A stretch of DNA of 50,610 bases from positions 1-50,610 of the IMG/VR virus record IMGVR_UViG_3300020045_005352; one strand, given 5' to 3'. How positions within the stretch are numbered: the stretch's first letter is position 1; each line of letters starts with the position of its first letter. Position numbers and translations under genes: made by a program. The DNA is from a virus. Taxonomy: Duplodnaviria > Caudoviricetes. The notes beneath the pieces were generated by a model. It saw only the letters and a program-made list of their open reading frames with translations. It searched no databases and was not told the origin of the DNA. This document shows positions 16,383 through 26,360 of the stretch, in pieces.

Positions 16383-17456
16383 TTATCCGTGGAGACCGAT
16401 GGAGAGGTATCTGAGGAGGCGCTTGATATAGTATGCTCTAGGTGTCCTAGAAAAAATAAAGTTAAAAAGCTCCCTATCACTTATCACCCTTCTTTCTTGT
16501 ATTTTTCTTCTTTTCTTTGCGGTAGCGGGATATCTCATGATTGATTGACTCAATCCACGGAATATGTTCACTCCCTGGGTCACTTTTAAAGTGCAAATCA
16601 TAGCAAGTCCAGCAATAATCCAGCAGGTTATGTGTATAGGCAATATTCTCCATAGCATCTTTCCTCCTAAATTCTTCTGAAGCATCACAATGTAGTTTCG
16701 GCATCCGTTGAGGTGAACCCTTGATGAGGTGTAGTATTCTTTGGCTGGTTTGAATTTAGTATTGAAAGCATGATATCCAACAGCTTCAGGCACGAAGCAC
16801 ACTCGAAAGCCGGTAAGCCACACCCGCCATGAGAGATCAGTTTCTTCTCCCAAGATTTCAAAGTCCTCATCGAAGCCTCCTACTTTAAAGAATATTTCCT
16901 CACGCATTATGCAAGAGGCGGATTTACCTGCAAGGATGGTGGAGTGATAGTCATACTGTCCAGTATCTACATCATTCTGCCCTGCACGAGACCAGATGAA
17001 GCCAGTAGCTGTTAGGAAGCCGCCTGCTTCATCGAATCGGTTCCTATTCTCCATGTTGTACAGCTTTCCGTATGCCATACCTACTTGTGGGTTGGAGTCC
17101 ATGAATTGCTTATACTTGAGTAGGCAGTCTGAGTTAATCTCAACATCATCATCGAAGAAGGCTAAGTATCTGCCACTGGAGATTCTAGCTCCTGAGTTAC
17201 GCTTAGAGGCTGGGTATTGGTCACCACTGTGTACCTTGCACCCTGGGATACCTGTGACAGCTAGGTGGTCATCGGAGGTGATGATGATAATCTCATAGGT
17301 CACACCAATGGATTTCTTGACCGACTCCACAAACTTATGCACAAAGGTGCCTTTATGGTGGCAGCAAATTATTGAGATTTCAAATGGATACTTTAAAGAT
17401 TCCGAAGAACTGCTTCCTGATTTTGTCCGCATTGTAATCCAGTTGGTAGTATTCAA
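16383..17456 (-). CDS. GT2 glycosyltransferase
   Basis: ISIIC..RNSGA..YLAFFDDD..GGFDEDF..EETDLSWR; true start may be about 60 nt downstream. Confidence 0.92.
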   Translation of the reverse strand: MNTTNWITMRTKSGSSSSESLKYPFEISIICCHHKGTFVHKFVESVKKSIGVTYEIIIITSDDHLAVTGIPGCKVHSGDQYPASKRNSGARISSGRYLAFFDDDVEINSDCLLKYKQFMDSNPQVGMAYGKLYNMENRNRFDEAGGFLTATGFIWSRAGQNDVDTGQYDYHSTILAGKSASCIMREEIFFKVGGFDEDFEILGEETDLSWRVWLTGFRVCFVPEAVGYHAFNTKFKPAKEYYTSSRVHLNGCRNYIVMLQKNLGGKMLWRILPIHITCWIIAGLAMICTLKVTQGVNIFRGLSQSIMRYPATAKKRRKIQERRVISDRELFNFIFSRTPRAYYIKRLLRYLSIGLHG

Positions 17457-17631
17457 TCATTACGTTAAGCCCTGTGCCGGAGATGAAGGCTAGGGCATTC
17501 TTGCCTACTTCCATACGTTCTTTGTGAGTAAGCCCTTCCGCATTGGCGTCATGTCTATTGCCAAAGATGTAAGAAGCGGACACAAAGGTATCCACTAGGC
17601 TTGATAGAGCCATGGTGGTAATAAATACCAT
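17380..17631 (-). CDS. Hypothetical protein
   Basis: ATG 17631 within ORF 17380..17814; fills the gap between two genes. Confidence 0.5.
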   Translation of the reverse strand: MVFITTMALSSLVDTFVSASYIFGNRHDANAEGLTHKERMEVGKNALAFISGTGLNVMIEYYQLDYNADKIRKQFFGIFKVSI

Positions 17632-17641
17632 GTTTCTATAG

Positions 17642-19063
17642 TCAACCTGTACCGTAGCGAGGGTTGAGCCAGAGGTACTTGATGGGTGTTTGCACCCATT
17701 TATCAAGTCTCTTGCGAGAGTAAGCGAATTTGACCCTGCTTCTGTCAAGGGATTCTCCGTCTTTGTTTGATTTAAACCAGTCATGCTCACCAGAGCCGTC
17801 TGGGTTATTGTCATTACGCCATTTTGCCATGAGTTTTAACTGCATACCACCTGAGTAACCGAGGGTTCTAAGGCGGTTGATATGACCTGTGAATAAAGGG
17901 TAAGGAAGCCCAGAGACTCGTTCATCAGACTTTAAGTTAGCCTGTAGATACCTAGTTAATGGGGTGTTAAAGGCTCTAGAAGGCTTCTTTGGTAGCTCGG
18001 AGTATGGCAGAGTGGGTATTAGGTCAGAATTGTTGTACCAGAGGTCAAAACAGGTGATGATTATTAATGCCAGGATAGCCTCGGTAGGTAAGTGGAGGTC
18101 CTTGAGGTTCGCTGTCGCCCACCATCCAAGAGCAAATTGGAAAGTGAAGCTAAAGCGGGCAGGGATTCTAGGAAGGTGCTTGGATAGGAATCCTAGCATT
18201 AAAAGGAGACTTACTACGGCGAGTATCCAGACTCGGCTTGTCGAAGCCCTTGAAGAGATTAGGACAAGCGGGACAATTCCCACGTAGTAAGAGGTTTCCC
18301 AGTAGCCAATCGCAAGCGACTGAGACCTGAAAAGTTTGGGGAAGATGAGACTGCCTAAGTGCCACCAGGGGACTTTGCCTATGGTAGATACCTTGTGGGT
18401 ACGGATAGTCTTAGGCAAGTATTTAATGAAAGGAATAAGCTGTGGAAGGCCTATTAATATACCCAATGGAACCCACATGAGGTTCCGACCCCACAGTAGG
18501 GACGCAAGTCCACTCACGCCAAGCGTCTGTATTCCTAGAGGGTAGTAGCCTGCTAATAGGGTCATACCACAGCTTAAAGATGAGAGCCAAAGATTGTTTG
18601 TAGATATACCATAGAGAAGCCATGGGAACCAAGCTATGGTGTAGAGGATACAGGGTTGCTGTTTGATGTTGTAGGCAGAGTAGGTGAGGACAAGTGCTCC
18701 AAAGACTGACACGAGTGGGCTTGTCCAGGTTGAAATAAGAAGAAACCAGCCAATAGAAGCCAAAAAAGAATGACAATGTTGCATAGCAACAAACACATTA
18801 AACATTCTATCTTGTCCCAATTTCCTTGTAAGCATTGCGGATATTTTATGAGGAGGGTAAAAGCTAGAGAGCACAGGATGAGCATTAGGAACGAGCCAAA
18901 AATAATCACGTTTATCTCCTCTACCTTGATGTATCCATGATGGAAAGAACGTTGAGAGTAATTCACTGCGAGCCATACTGAAAGGATTACTGTAGACCTT
19001 CCAGAAGAATAATAGGTGGAATAGACCTAGAAAATAGAAGGGTAAGCCTGCCAACTCGTACAA
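17642..19063 (-). CDS. Multi-TM membrane protein, YfhO/GT-C-like
   Basis: Many TM segments; FYPP, WFPWLL, LAGY, QLIP, YVGIVPL, RIPARF patterns. Confidence 0.7.
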   Translation of the reverse strand: MYELAGLPFYFLGLFHLLFFWKVYSNPFSMARSELLSTFFPSWIHQGRGDKRDYFWLVPNAHPVLSSFYPPHKISAMLTRKLGQDRMFNVFVAMQHCHSFLASIGWFLLISTWTSPLVSVFGALVLTYSAYNIKQQPCILYTIAWFPWLLYGISTNNLWLSSLSCGMTLLAGYYPLGIQTLGVSGLASLLWGRNLMWVPLGILIGLPQLIPFIKYLPKTIRTHKVSTIGKVPWWHLGSLIFPKLFRSQSLAIGYWETSYYVGIVPLVLISSRASTSRVWILAVVSLLLMLGFLSKHLPRIPARFSFTFQFALGWWATANLKDLHLPTEAILALIIITCFDLWYNNSDLIPTLPYSELPKKPSRAFNTPLTRYLQANLKSDERVSGLPYPLFTGHINRLRTLGYSGGMQLKLMAKWRNDNNPDGSGEHDWFKSNKDGESLDRSRVKFAYSRKRLDKWVQTPIKYLWLNPRYGTG

Positions 19064-19872
19064 TTCTTACAAGCTCCTTTGTATATCTTGTTTAAGTGTT
19101 CTTGCCTGATTTCTTCAAGCCTCTTAGACTTCCAAACCTCTTCCATTGATGATTCTGGATACTTCCCAAGGACTTCATATCCGAGTTGTGGGACATTGCA
19201 ACAGAAGGTAATTTCGCCATTCCATCGCACAGCCGGTGCAAGCCAGAGGTGGTAACAGGGGTAGCGAGAGGGAACTTTATCCCCACTAATCCCCCACTTA
19301 TTAACATCTATGTTTCCTCCATAATTATGCAAATGCTTTATTTCAACCCTTGGGAACGTCTTCCACTTTTCAAACTCTCCTTTCGGCGTTTCTTCGACGA
19401 GCAATCGAACCATCCCGATTTTCTTGAGTACCCCAATGGTGTGAGAGTCAAAGTTATTTTTCCTCCAGGACCAGATAATCCTATCCACTCCACATGCCAG
19501 GAGGTCTCGGGAGAATTTGTTAAGAACCGTTCCATTCGTCGTGAGAAGGATTGTATGTCGCTTGTCTTTTTCCTTAATGTATCGTATAGCTTCCAATATT
19601 CTGGGGTAGAGGAGGGGCTCGCCGAAAAGGTGTAGAGAGAAGGAGCGTGGTCCATAGTGGTTGCACTCATCGATGATGCTTTTGAACATTTCAAAGTCCA
19701 TGTCCTCCTTACGTTTCTCTCTCGGGCAGTATTCGCAGGAGAGGTTGCAATTTGCGGTGGTCTCTATAAAGATGTGTCTAGGAAACTCTCTGTCAATATA
19801 AGCTTGAGCCGCTAATTTATATACTGGCGTCGGCAGTAACCGGACTAGCGGAGTTAGCGACGTTATTTTCAT
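19027..19872 (-). CDS. Radical SAM/SPASM-domain protein
   Basis: CNLSCEYC, FGEPLL, TTNG; C-terminal C..G..CC..CKNC. Confidence 0.92.
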   Translation of the reverse strand: MKITSLTPLVRLLPTPVYKLAAQAYIDREFPRHIFIETTANCNLSCEYCPREKRKEDMDFEMFKSIIDECNHYGPRSFSLHLFGEPLLYPRILEAIRYIKEKDKRHTILLTTNGTVLNKFSRDLLACGVDRIIWSWRKNNFDSHTIGVLKKIGMVRLLVEETPKGEFEKWKTFPRVEIKHLHNYGGNIDVNKWGISGDKVPSRYPCYHLWLAPAVRWNGEITFCCNVPQLGYEVLGKYPESSMEEVWKSKRLEEIRQEHLNKIYKGACKNCTSWQAYPSIF

Positions 19873-21289
19873 TACGGGTTCTCCACGAGTCCTTCATTTT
19901 GCTTTCGGGAATCATTGTCATTTTCAACAAGGATATCCCTGCCGAAGCATACCTCTTAAACTGACCAAAATTACGCACTTCCTTGATTCTGTCAACGACG
20001 AAGCTAGGTTGTAGGTAAAACTTACCGTAGAACCAACGCAGGTGGCTCTCCAATTCTTTACGGGTATAGATTGAATCCCAAAGCGGGGGGCGGAAGTCGT
20101 CGTTAATCTTGCGGGCATAGTCCCTCCATGGGTCTCCTTGGACTACTCCTTCCTGAAGTGCTCGGAGATAGATTTGGGTTGCGGGGAAAGGAGAGAGGAT
20201 GGTCATTTGCATGAAGTCGGGCTTTATTCTCCTTGAGACTCGTAGGGTGTCTTTTACGTCCTCCATGGTCTCTGTGGGATTACCCATCATGAAATAGGCG
20301 AGGGTCTTGATGCCGTATTTCTTACAGAGGTCAAAGGCTTTCTCAACCTGCTCTATGGATGTACCCTTCTGCAATTCCTTAACTACTCTAGGATTCCCAG
20401 TCTCTACACCAAAGTGAATACGCTCACAGCCTGCCTCTTTCATGGATTTCAGGAGTTCTTCATTGACTACATTGACTCTAGTTCTAACATCCCATTTAAT
20501 CTTAATATTCCGCTTCTTGATCTCATCACATATCTGTTGCACCCTTTTCATGCTCACCGAGAACGTGTCATCATAGAAGAAGATTTCTTTGATCCCGTGA
20601 TTCTGGCACCATTCCATTTCGTCTGCGACCCTGGAAGCGTCCATGGCTCTAAAGCCTTTTCCAAGAGCAGGGCGGTCACAATAAGCACAACTAAAGGGAC
20701 AGCCACGAGAGCTAAAAGCAGTAGTAGTAGGAGTATCGGCAGAAAGAACAGAATAGTATTTATCAATATCAGTAAGTTCACGAGCGGGGAACGGGAGTTC
20801 ATTTAAGTCCTGTATGAATTTTTCTTGGCGGTAGATTCGGTTAGTTGCTTTGCCTAGAGCGATGTCTTGGCAAAGAGTGTCCATGGTTATTTCGCCTTCA
20901 CCGACTATGACGTAATCGGCGTTTAGTCCATCCTTTTCGAAGCATTCCTCTGGGTAGATGGCGGTATGAGGCCCACCGATTACAATAGTAGTTTTGAGAC
21001 GCTTACGGATTTCTTGAATGGTGAGTTTTACATCAACGAGGGTAAATGTCATGGCGGTTAAGCCCACGATATCTGGCTTGAATTGCAATACTTCCTCGGC
21101 TACTTCTGCATGGTCTTGACCAGAGGCTTGGGCGTCAATAACCTTAACTTCATAATCCTTCGCCTTGAGACAAGCCGCCATGTAGAGAATTCCGAGGGGG
21201 GGATAAATACCTTGCTGGTCCTTGATGATAACGGGGTCGTTACCGATTAATTCGTAGGTGTTGGGAACGTTAATCAGGCATATTTTCAT
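19817..21289 (-). CDS. B12-binding radical SAM enzyme (class B methyltransferase-like)
   Basis: PPLGILYMAA..PDIVG..GGPH..GEGE..LPFPAR..SRGCPFSCAYC..DDTF..GVETG. Confidence 0.95.
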   Translation of the reverse strand: MKICLINVPNTYELIGNDPVIIKDQQGIYPPLGILYMAACLKAKDYEVKVIDAQASGQDHAEVAEEVLQFKPDIVGLTAMTFTLVDVKLTIQEIRKRLKTTIVIGGPHTAIYPEECFEKDGLNADYVIVGEGEITMDTLCQDIALGKATNRIYRQEKFIQDLNELPFPARELTDIDKYYSVLSADTPTTTAFSSRGCPFSCAYCDRPALGKGFRAMDASRVADEMEWCQNHGIKEIFFYDDTFSVSMKRVQQICDEIKKRNIKIKWDVRTRVNVVNEELLKSMKEAGCERIHFGVETGNPRVVKELQKGTSIEQVEKAFDLCKKYGIKTLAYFMMGNPTETMEDVKDTLRVSRRIKPDFMQMTILSPFPATQIYLRALQEGVVQGDPWRDYARKINDDFRPPLWDSIYTRKELESHLRWFYGKFYLQPSFVVDRIKEVRNFGQFKRYASAGISLLKMTMIPESKMKDSWRTRNENNVANSASPVTADASI

Positions 21290-21846
21290 GTGAGCCTTTG
21301 GGTTCCTGGATATTGTTGTATCAAAGTTTCTAATAATAGTAAAGCTTTATTCGGTTTACTATACCATAGTTTACAGAAAAGGTTAGTGGGATTCGTACCG
21401 CCTACTATGTCGAAAGGGTGGAGGTAGAATATCGGGTCATTGGGAATCTTAGTTTTAAACCACATGTGCTTGAGTAATCCTACGTGACCTTTCGGGTTGG
21501 AGTAGATGTCTTGGGTGATGTAGTTGAATTTTGGCGCTCTATATCTCGCTTCTTTGCCAACATACTGTAGCGATAAATCTTTGTCCGCTTGTCTCCTAAA
21601 GCTTTCTTTAAAGACCGTGTGGAAATGACCATGCGATCCGACTTCGTGGCCGAGACCCCTAATGCTTTCAATAAGTCTAGGGTAATCTGTCGTGAGCTCT
21701 GTGGAGATAAAGAATAATCCACGTATGGAGCGTTTTTCAAAAGCTCGAATAATTTTAGGCAGTCCTTCCTTGATTCCTCTGTGCTCATTGGTTCTACCTC
21801 CCCAATCTTTTTCAACATCTACCGTCCAAGTAAACTTCTCATCCAC
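21286..21846 (-). CDS. Polysaccharide deacetylase (NodB/CE4-like)
   Basis: TVDVE, GHEVGSHGHFH, YRAP, YLHPFD. Confidence 0.88.
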   Translation of the reverse strand: MDEKFTWTVDVEKDWGGRTNEHRGIKEGLPKIIRAFEKRSIRGLFFISTELTTDYPRLIESIRGLGHEVGSHGHFHTVFKESFRRQADKDLSLQYVGKEARYRAPKFNYITQDIYSNPKGHVGLLKHMWFKTKIPNDPIFYLHPFDIVGGTNPTNLFCKLWYSKPNKALLLLETLIQQYPGTQRLT

Positions 21847-22553
21847 TTTCTAAACTTTCTTGTGCGTAATGCTAGACCTACCCAAGTGATGTAATAGAGA
21901 GTAACCAAGCCATCCTTGACCACTTTTACATGAGATTTGCCAGAGGCTCTAGGTTGTACATCTATTGGAAAGTAGGTCATCTTATGACCATCTGTGACCA
22001 TAGCCATAGTGAGGCTAGTTGTGAAGCTAAATGTGTCACAAAGGATTGGAGAGTAGTTAATAGCTGATTGGCGGTCAAATACTCTCATGCCTGAGTTTAA
22101 GTCACTAAGGTAATGTCCTGAAATACATGAAGCTACAAAGTTTAATACCTTTCTTCCCCACCACCGAGTTAATCTCTCATTGAGGTTCCAACGCTGACCA
22201 ACGACCATCTTTAAGTCTTCGTCAAGTTTATAGATGGTGTAGAGTCTGAGTACATCGTTGACTAAATGCTGGCCATCTCCGTCCATCGTACAAACTACTG
22301 GATTAGTAGCTTGTTTGATACCCTCTTTGATTGCGTAGCCATAACCCATGTGGGGTTGATAAGTGTGGTAGTAAATGTCATCTGGCAAGTCCATGGTTTG
22401 ACCGTCATCGACAATGATAACTTCTGCACCTAGAAGTTTCAGCTCACAGTAAGTCTTTGTGACTAACTTTGGGTCTTCATTAAAACATGGGATAACTACC
22501 GACAACCCCTCTAGTGACGAGAAGCTCTGAGTGCGAAGTATAGGTTGAGCCAA
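21819..22553 (-). CDS. GT2 glycosyltransferase, polyprenol-phosphate sugar synthase (DPM/GtrB-like)
   Basis: VVIPCFNE, IVDDG, GYGYAIKEG, MDGDGQH, DLNSGMRVF. Confidence 0.9.
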   Translation of the reverse strand: MAQPILRTQSFSSLEGLSVVIPCFNEDPKLVTKTYCELKLLGAEVIIVDDGQTMDLPDDIYYHTYQPHMGYGYAIKEGIKQATNPVVCTMDGDGQHLVNDVLRLYTIYKLDEDLKMVVGQRWNLNERLTRWWGRKVLNFVASCISGHYLSDLNSGMRVFDRQSAINYSPILCDTFSFTTSLTMAMVTDGHKMTYFPIDVQPRASGKSHVKVVKDGLVTLYYITWVGLALRTRKFRKWMRSLLGR

Positions 22554-23053
22554 TTTGTGTATGTCTCCAGTTTAAACACCTTAGATACTTCCGAGAGTAT
22601 CTTGGCGTGAGAGTTGCGGATGTTCTTATCTTTGATTAGTTTGTAATAGAATCGGCTCTGTGGTGTATCCATGGGAGAAGCGATTATTAGCTTAGAGTCC
22701 TGTTTCATCATACCTTTGAGAAGATTGAGAGTGTGGGGTAATTGGCAGAATTCCAATACACTACAGCACACTATCACATCAAACTTCCAGCGTTTGTCTA
22801 TGATGTCGTTGATGTCGAATTGTTTAACAAAGAGGGCTCGCTTCTTCAGCTCTGGAACCAAGATTCCCTGACCTGAGCCGAAGTCTAGGACGTTGTGGAC
22901 TGTAATCTTTGGGAATAAGTTTAAAGCCATGCGGAGTTTATGGCGGTAAAATAGTCTGTAGGGAAACTTATAATACTTATCCACAGCAAAGTTCCCTTTG
23001 CCCTCAAGGTGCTTTATCTCGTTATAGGGAGGAAGCGTAAGGCGGTGTAGCAT
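22511..23053 (-). CDS. Class I SAM-dependent methyltransferase
   Basis: VLDFGSGQG, FDVIVCCSVLE. Confidence 0.88.
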   Translation of the reverse strand: MLHRLTLPPYNEIKHLEGKGNFAVDKYYKFPYRLFYRHKLRMALNLFPKITVHNVLDFGSGQGILVPELKKRALFVKQFDINDIIDKRWKFDVIVCCSVLEFCQLPHTLNLLKGMMKQDSKLIIASPMDTPQSRFYYKLIKDKNIRNSHAKILSEVSKVFKLETYTNWLNLYFALRASRH

Positions 23054-23256
23054 ATTAATCCTGTAACTGTGATTGCGGTCAAGAATGTCAGTACCTTATC
23101 AAAGATATAAAGTTTCACAGCTTCTTTCATAACATCTCGTACTGGGATGTTAAGTTTCTCCATACGTTCTATGAGTTCTGTGGAGTCATCGATGAGAGGC
23201 TTTAGGGTGTACTCTATGAAAGCCCCAAAAGGCTTAGGGTCAGGTGAGAGTTGCAA
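23014..23256 (-). CDS. Small membrane protein
   Basis: C-terminal TM helix. Confidence 0.55.
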   Translation of the reverse strand: MQLSPDPKPFGAFIEYTLKPLIDDSTELIERMEKLNIPVRDVMKEAVKLYIFDKVLTFLTAITVTGLICYTALRFLPITR

Positions 23257-23614
23257 GGATATCGTGTTCCCTAATTAACTGGAGGTCTTTACCATTGTGC
23301 TTAAAACGTTGTCCAGAGTGTTTACCGAAGCGAACATTAGTGCCAACCTCCAGATGAAGTTTGGTAGTGGGTCCCCTTGAAACTATCACCCCTGTCTCTG
23401 GAAGATTCTCATAGTAAGCTTTAAACTCCCCTGGGATTTCAAGGAGACCATCATATTTAGCCGGAGGGTCAGTCTCTACCAAATACAGGTCATTTAAAAC
23501 CTTCAAAGTGGGTGAGGGTGATTTCTCCTGCTTCGTTGATTTCGTAGACCGCGCCGCACCAGTGGCACGTGTAGCGGATTTCACCTGAGACTTTTTCAAG
23601 TTCTTTTTGGTCAT
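23240..23614 (-). CDS. groES: GroES-like co-chaperonin (true start probably near 23506)
   Basis: LKVLNDLYLVE..GLLEIP..GVIVSRGP..VGTNVRFGKHSG..LIREHDILA. Confidence 0.82.
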   Translation of the reverse strand: MTKKNLKKSQVKSATRATGAARSTKSTKQEKSPSPTLKVLNDLYLVETDPPAKYDGLLEIPGEFKAYYENLPETGVIVSRGPTTKLHLEVGTNVRFGKHSGQRFKHNGKDLQLIREHDILATLT

Positions 23615-23642
23615 TAGGACAGAACCTCCCCGTTTTGGTCAT
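23490..23642 (-). CDS. Small zinc-ribbon protein
   Basis: FCPND..YTCHWCG; ATGA overlap with the upstream GT. Confidence 0.5.
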   Translation of the reverse strand: MTKTGRFCPNDQKELEKVSGEIRYTCHWCGAVYEINEAGEITLTHFEGFK

Positions 23643-24595
23643 ATCATTCGCTGATTTTTCATCCATAGATATATCCATACCCACGCCCGATAGGCGTATG
23701 TTCTCAAGCCTTTTTGGATCCACTTGCCTTCCCATTTCTTTTGGAAGTAGATAAAGTTTTCCCAGCGGTGTTTTGTTTTAAGCCTAGATGTATAGATTCC
23801 GCTTGTTGATGGTCTATGCTCGAGTGAAGCTTTTTGGGTATACCATAGCTTACCTTTGTACTTAAGGTTGAGTGCGAGGTCGACTTCACACCATTCTGAG
23901 GTTCGAGTAAAATGGAGGTCGTATCCTCCACAAGCGACAGTCTCTGTCCTTCGCACCGCCATATTGCAGGCTTCCAAGTAGTCAACTTCACCTTCATAGC
24001 AGGCTCTATCGTCGCATGAAGCGAGCGAGGGCGTTCCGGAAGGAGAAAGGTATCCAGGGCGACTTGCCTGCCCATATAGGAACAACTTATCATGTAGGTC
24101 TTTGAACCATTTATATTTGAAGATATCTCGGTTAAGTTTAAATTCAGAACTGATTTTGGTTGGACCTGAGACACCTACAATACCCTCCCTGAAACTACTA
24201 ATGACACCTTCCAACCAATTTGGCGGGCAATAAACGTCATCATCAATAAACGAAACAATATTTCCTCTTGCGCTCCGAAGCCCTTTATCCCGAAGTTCTG
24301 ATAGATTGCCTTTTTCTGTAATGAGGATGACCTCAAAATCTTTGTAAGTTTGGTGGCAGAGAGAGGTAAGTGTTTCATTTAGCGACTCGGGGCGACCGTA
24401 GGTGCAGATGACGATTGAAACAGCTTTCCTATGAATAATCTCATTACTAGGAATCCGTACGTAAATACCGTCATTAAACATATCAAGGGATGGAGAAACC
24501 ATGCCTTGTCTTGAATCTTCGAGTAGCCTCGTATCGAAAGGTACAACGGTTCCACGAGGGTTAAGCTGAAGAAAATGAAGAGTAGGAATCGACAT
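23639..24595 (-). CDS. GT2 glycosyltransferase (true start probably downstream)
   Basis: VSIVICTYGR..FIDDD..CNMAVR..GGYD..EVDL. Confidence 0.92.
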   Translation of the reverse strand: MSIPTLHFLQLNPRGTVVPFDTRLLEDSRQGMVSPSLDMFNDGIYVRIPSNEIIHRKAVSIVICTYGRPESLNETLTSLCHQTYKDFEVILITEKGNLSELRDKGLRSARGNIVSFIDDDVYCPPNWLEGVISSFREGIVGVSGPTKISSEFKLNRDIFKYKWFKDLHDKLFLYGQASRPGYLSPSGTPSLASCDDRACYEGEVDYLEACNMAVRRTETVACGGYDLHFTRTSEWCEVDLALNLKYKGKLWYTQKASLEHRPSTSGIYTSRLKTKHRWENFIYFQKKWEGKWIQKGLRTYAYRAWVWIYLWMKNQRMI

Positions 24596-25254
24596 ATATC
24601 CCTCGGTTGTTTGAAGTCTACTAAGTGCCAGCGACGGTTCTTATTAAAGGCGTGTTGGAGTCCGTAGCGGTAGCGCTTACGGAAGAAGGAGAAGATGTTG
24701 CCGCCTGTTTTGTGCCATATAGGATAATCAGTAGTAACTCCAAATACGCCTTCTGTTGCTTCAATAGCATTATCAATGTGATAATAGTTATCTAGGTCTG
24801 TTTTTTCAATCAAGTCCTTACGAATAAAGAATCCATTATCTCCAATAGCGCCTTTAAGATTAGTCTTATAGTTAGCATGAGAACGCTTATCATTCTTACC
24901 CATGTAATAAGAGAGTGGGTCATTACCTCCTATGAGTGCAAAGTATCTATTCAATATGTCATCCGAAAAAGAATGATAATAAAGAGCTGATTGCCAAAAC
25001 CCTTCCTTAGCACAGCTATAAGCATAAGAAAGATGGTCTTTATGCATTAGCTCATTATCACTCGCCAATATCCCAATCACTTCCCCCATAGCTTTCCTGA
25101 TACCAATCGCTTTAGCGCTTTCCGACGTTCCTTCCGTAATAACCAAAGTTTCCATATCATCTTTTGGGAAATCTTGAGCTTCAATGGAACGTAGAAGTTC
25201 CGCCAACTTTGGGTCATTTTTATCTCTACAGGGGATTACTAGACTTAATCGCAT
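24379..25254 (-). CDS. GT2 glycosyltransferase with C-terminal TM helices
   Basis: LSLVIP..LLRSIEAQD..GIRKAMGE..ASDNE..GDNGF. Confidence 0.85.
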   Translation of the reverse strand: MRLSLVIPCRDKNDPKLAELLRSIEAQDFPKDDMETLVITEGTSESAKAIGIRKAMGEVIGILASDNELMHKDHLSYAYSCAKEGFWQSALYYHSFSDDILNRYFALIGGNDPLSYYMGKNDKRSHANYKTNLKGAIGDNGFFIRKDLIEKTDLDNYYHIDNAIEATEGVFGVTTDYPIWHKTGGNIFSFFRKRYRYGLQHAFNKNRRWHLVDFKQPRDICRFLLFIFFSLTLVEPLYLSIRGYSKIQDKAWFLHPLICLMTVFTYGFLVMRLFIGKLFQSSSAPTVAPSR

Positions 25255-25423
25255 CTAAAAATTCCTGATAAGTTATTAGCCATTTATGTTCTGTACAGAA
25301 ATCACCCTGCCATCCTTGTCTAAAATAAACTAAGATATAATTTCCTTTATCTACAACATAAGTCAAAAAGTCCATATTGAAATACTTTTCTTTATGAACC
25401 TTCTCGAATTTAACTAGTCTCAT
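25226..25423 (-). CDS. Hypothetical protein
   Basis: 65 aa ORF overlapping both neighbours. Confidence 0.55.
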   Translation of the reverse strand: MRLVKFEKVHKEKYFNMDFLTYVVDKGNYILVYFRQGWQGDFCTEHKWLITYQEFLDAIKSSNPL

Positions 25424-26360
25424 CAGCCTTTACCATGATTTCCACGAGTTCAGCAAATCTTACTTTGGGTTCCCAGCCGAGGACTTTCTTCGCTTTCGAG
25501 TAGTCGCCTCTAAGATAGTCCACTTCCGATTGACGTTCCATTGTCGGATTTTGTTCATAGACATCCCAGAAATCCACCCCTCCAGCTTTACAGGCGGCTT
25601 CAAGCCACTCTTTAACAGTGTGAACTTCATTAGTGGCAAGGATGTAGTCATCGGGTTTATCTTGTTGTAGCATAAGCCAAGCTCCCACCATGTACTCTGA
25701 GGCAAGCCCCCAATCTCTCGAAGCGTTGAGGTTGCCAAGAATAATCTTTTTACCTGTGGCTTTGTACTCGGCAATACCTTTGGTGATTTTCCTTGTGACA
25801 AATTCTTCTCCCCTCCGAGGGCTTTCATGGTTGAACATGATTCCACAAGAGATGTGCATATTATAGGCTTCCCGATAGTTCACCGCTTGGTAGTGTGCGA
25901 AGGCTTTGGCACAGCCATAGGGTGAGCGTGGGTAGAAGCGAGTGGTTTCTTTTTGGGGTGTTTCTTGGATTTTACCGAACATTTCGGAAGTCGAGGCTTG
26001 AAATATCCTTGTTTCTCTGTGGAGAGTTCTAGCAGCTTCAAATAGGTTAAGAGCTCCAAGTCCAGTTGCTTCAACGGTTGCAATTGGAGCTTTGAAAGAA
26101 TACTGTACAAACGATTGTGCGGCGAGATTGTAGATTTCATCTGGTTTGGATATGTTGATTGCATGTTCAAGGCTTGACTTGTCGGTCAAGTCTCCTTCTA
26201 TGAGTTTCAGTTTATCTTTGATGTGGTTGATACGCCAATGGTTTGGAGAGGCTGAACGGCGGACTAAGCCATAAACCTCATATCCTTTTTCAAGGAGTAA
26301 ATCTGCCATGTAAGAAGCATCTTGGCCCGTAATCCCCGTGACTAAAGCCCTTTTTTGCAT
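25410..26360 (-). CDS. gmd: GDP-mannose 4,6-dehydratase
   Basis: ALVTGITGQDASY, NLAAQS, QASTSEMFG, PRSPYGCAK, FNHESPRRGEEFVTRKI. Confidence 0.97.
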   Translation of the reverse strand: MQKRALVTGITGQDASYMADLLLEKGYEVYGLVRRSASPNHWRINHIKDKLKLIEGDLTDKSSLEHAINISKPDEIYNLAAQSFVQYSFKAPIATVEATGLGALNLFEAARTLHRETRIFQASTSEMFGKIQETPQKETTRFYPRSPYGCAKAFAHYQAVNYREAYNMHISCGIMFNHESPRRGEEFVTRKITKGIAEYKATGKKIILGNLNASRDWGLASEYMVGAWLMLQQDKPDDYILATNEVHTVKEWLEAACKAGGVDFWDVYEQNPTMERQSEVDYLRGDYSKAKKVLGWEPKVRFAELVEIMVKADETS

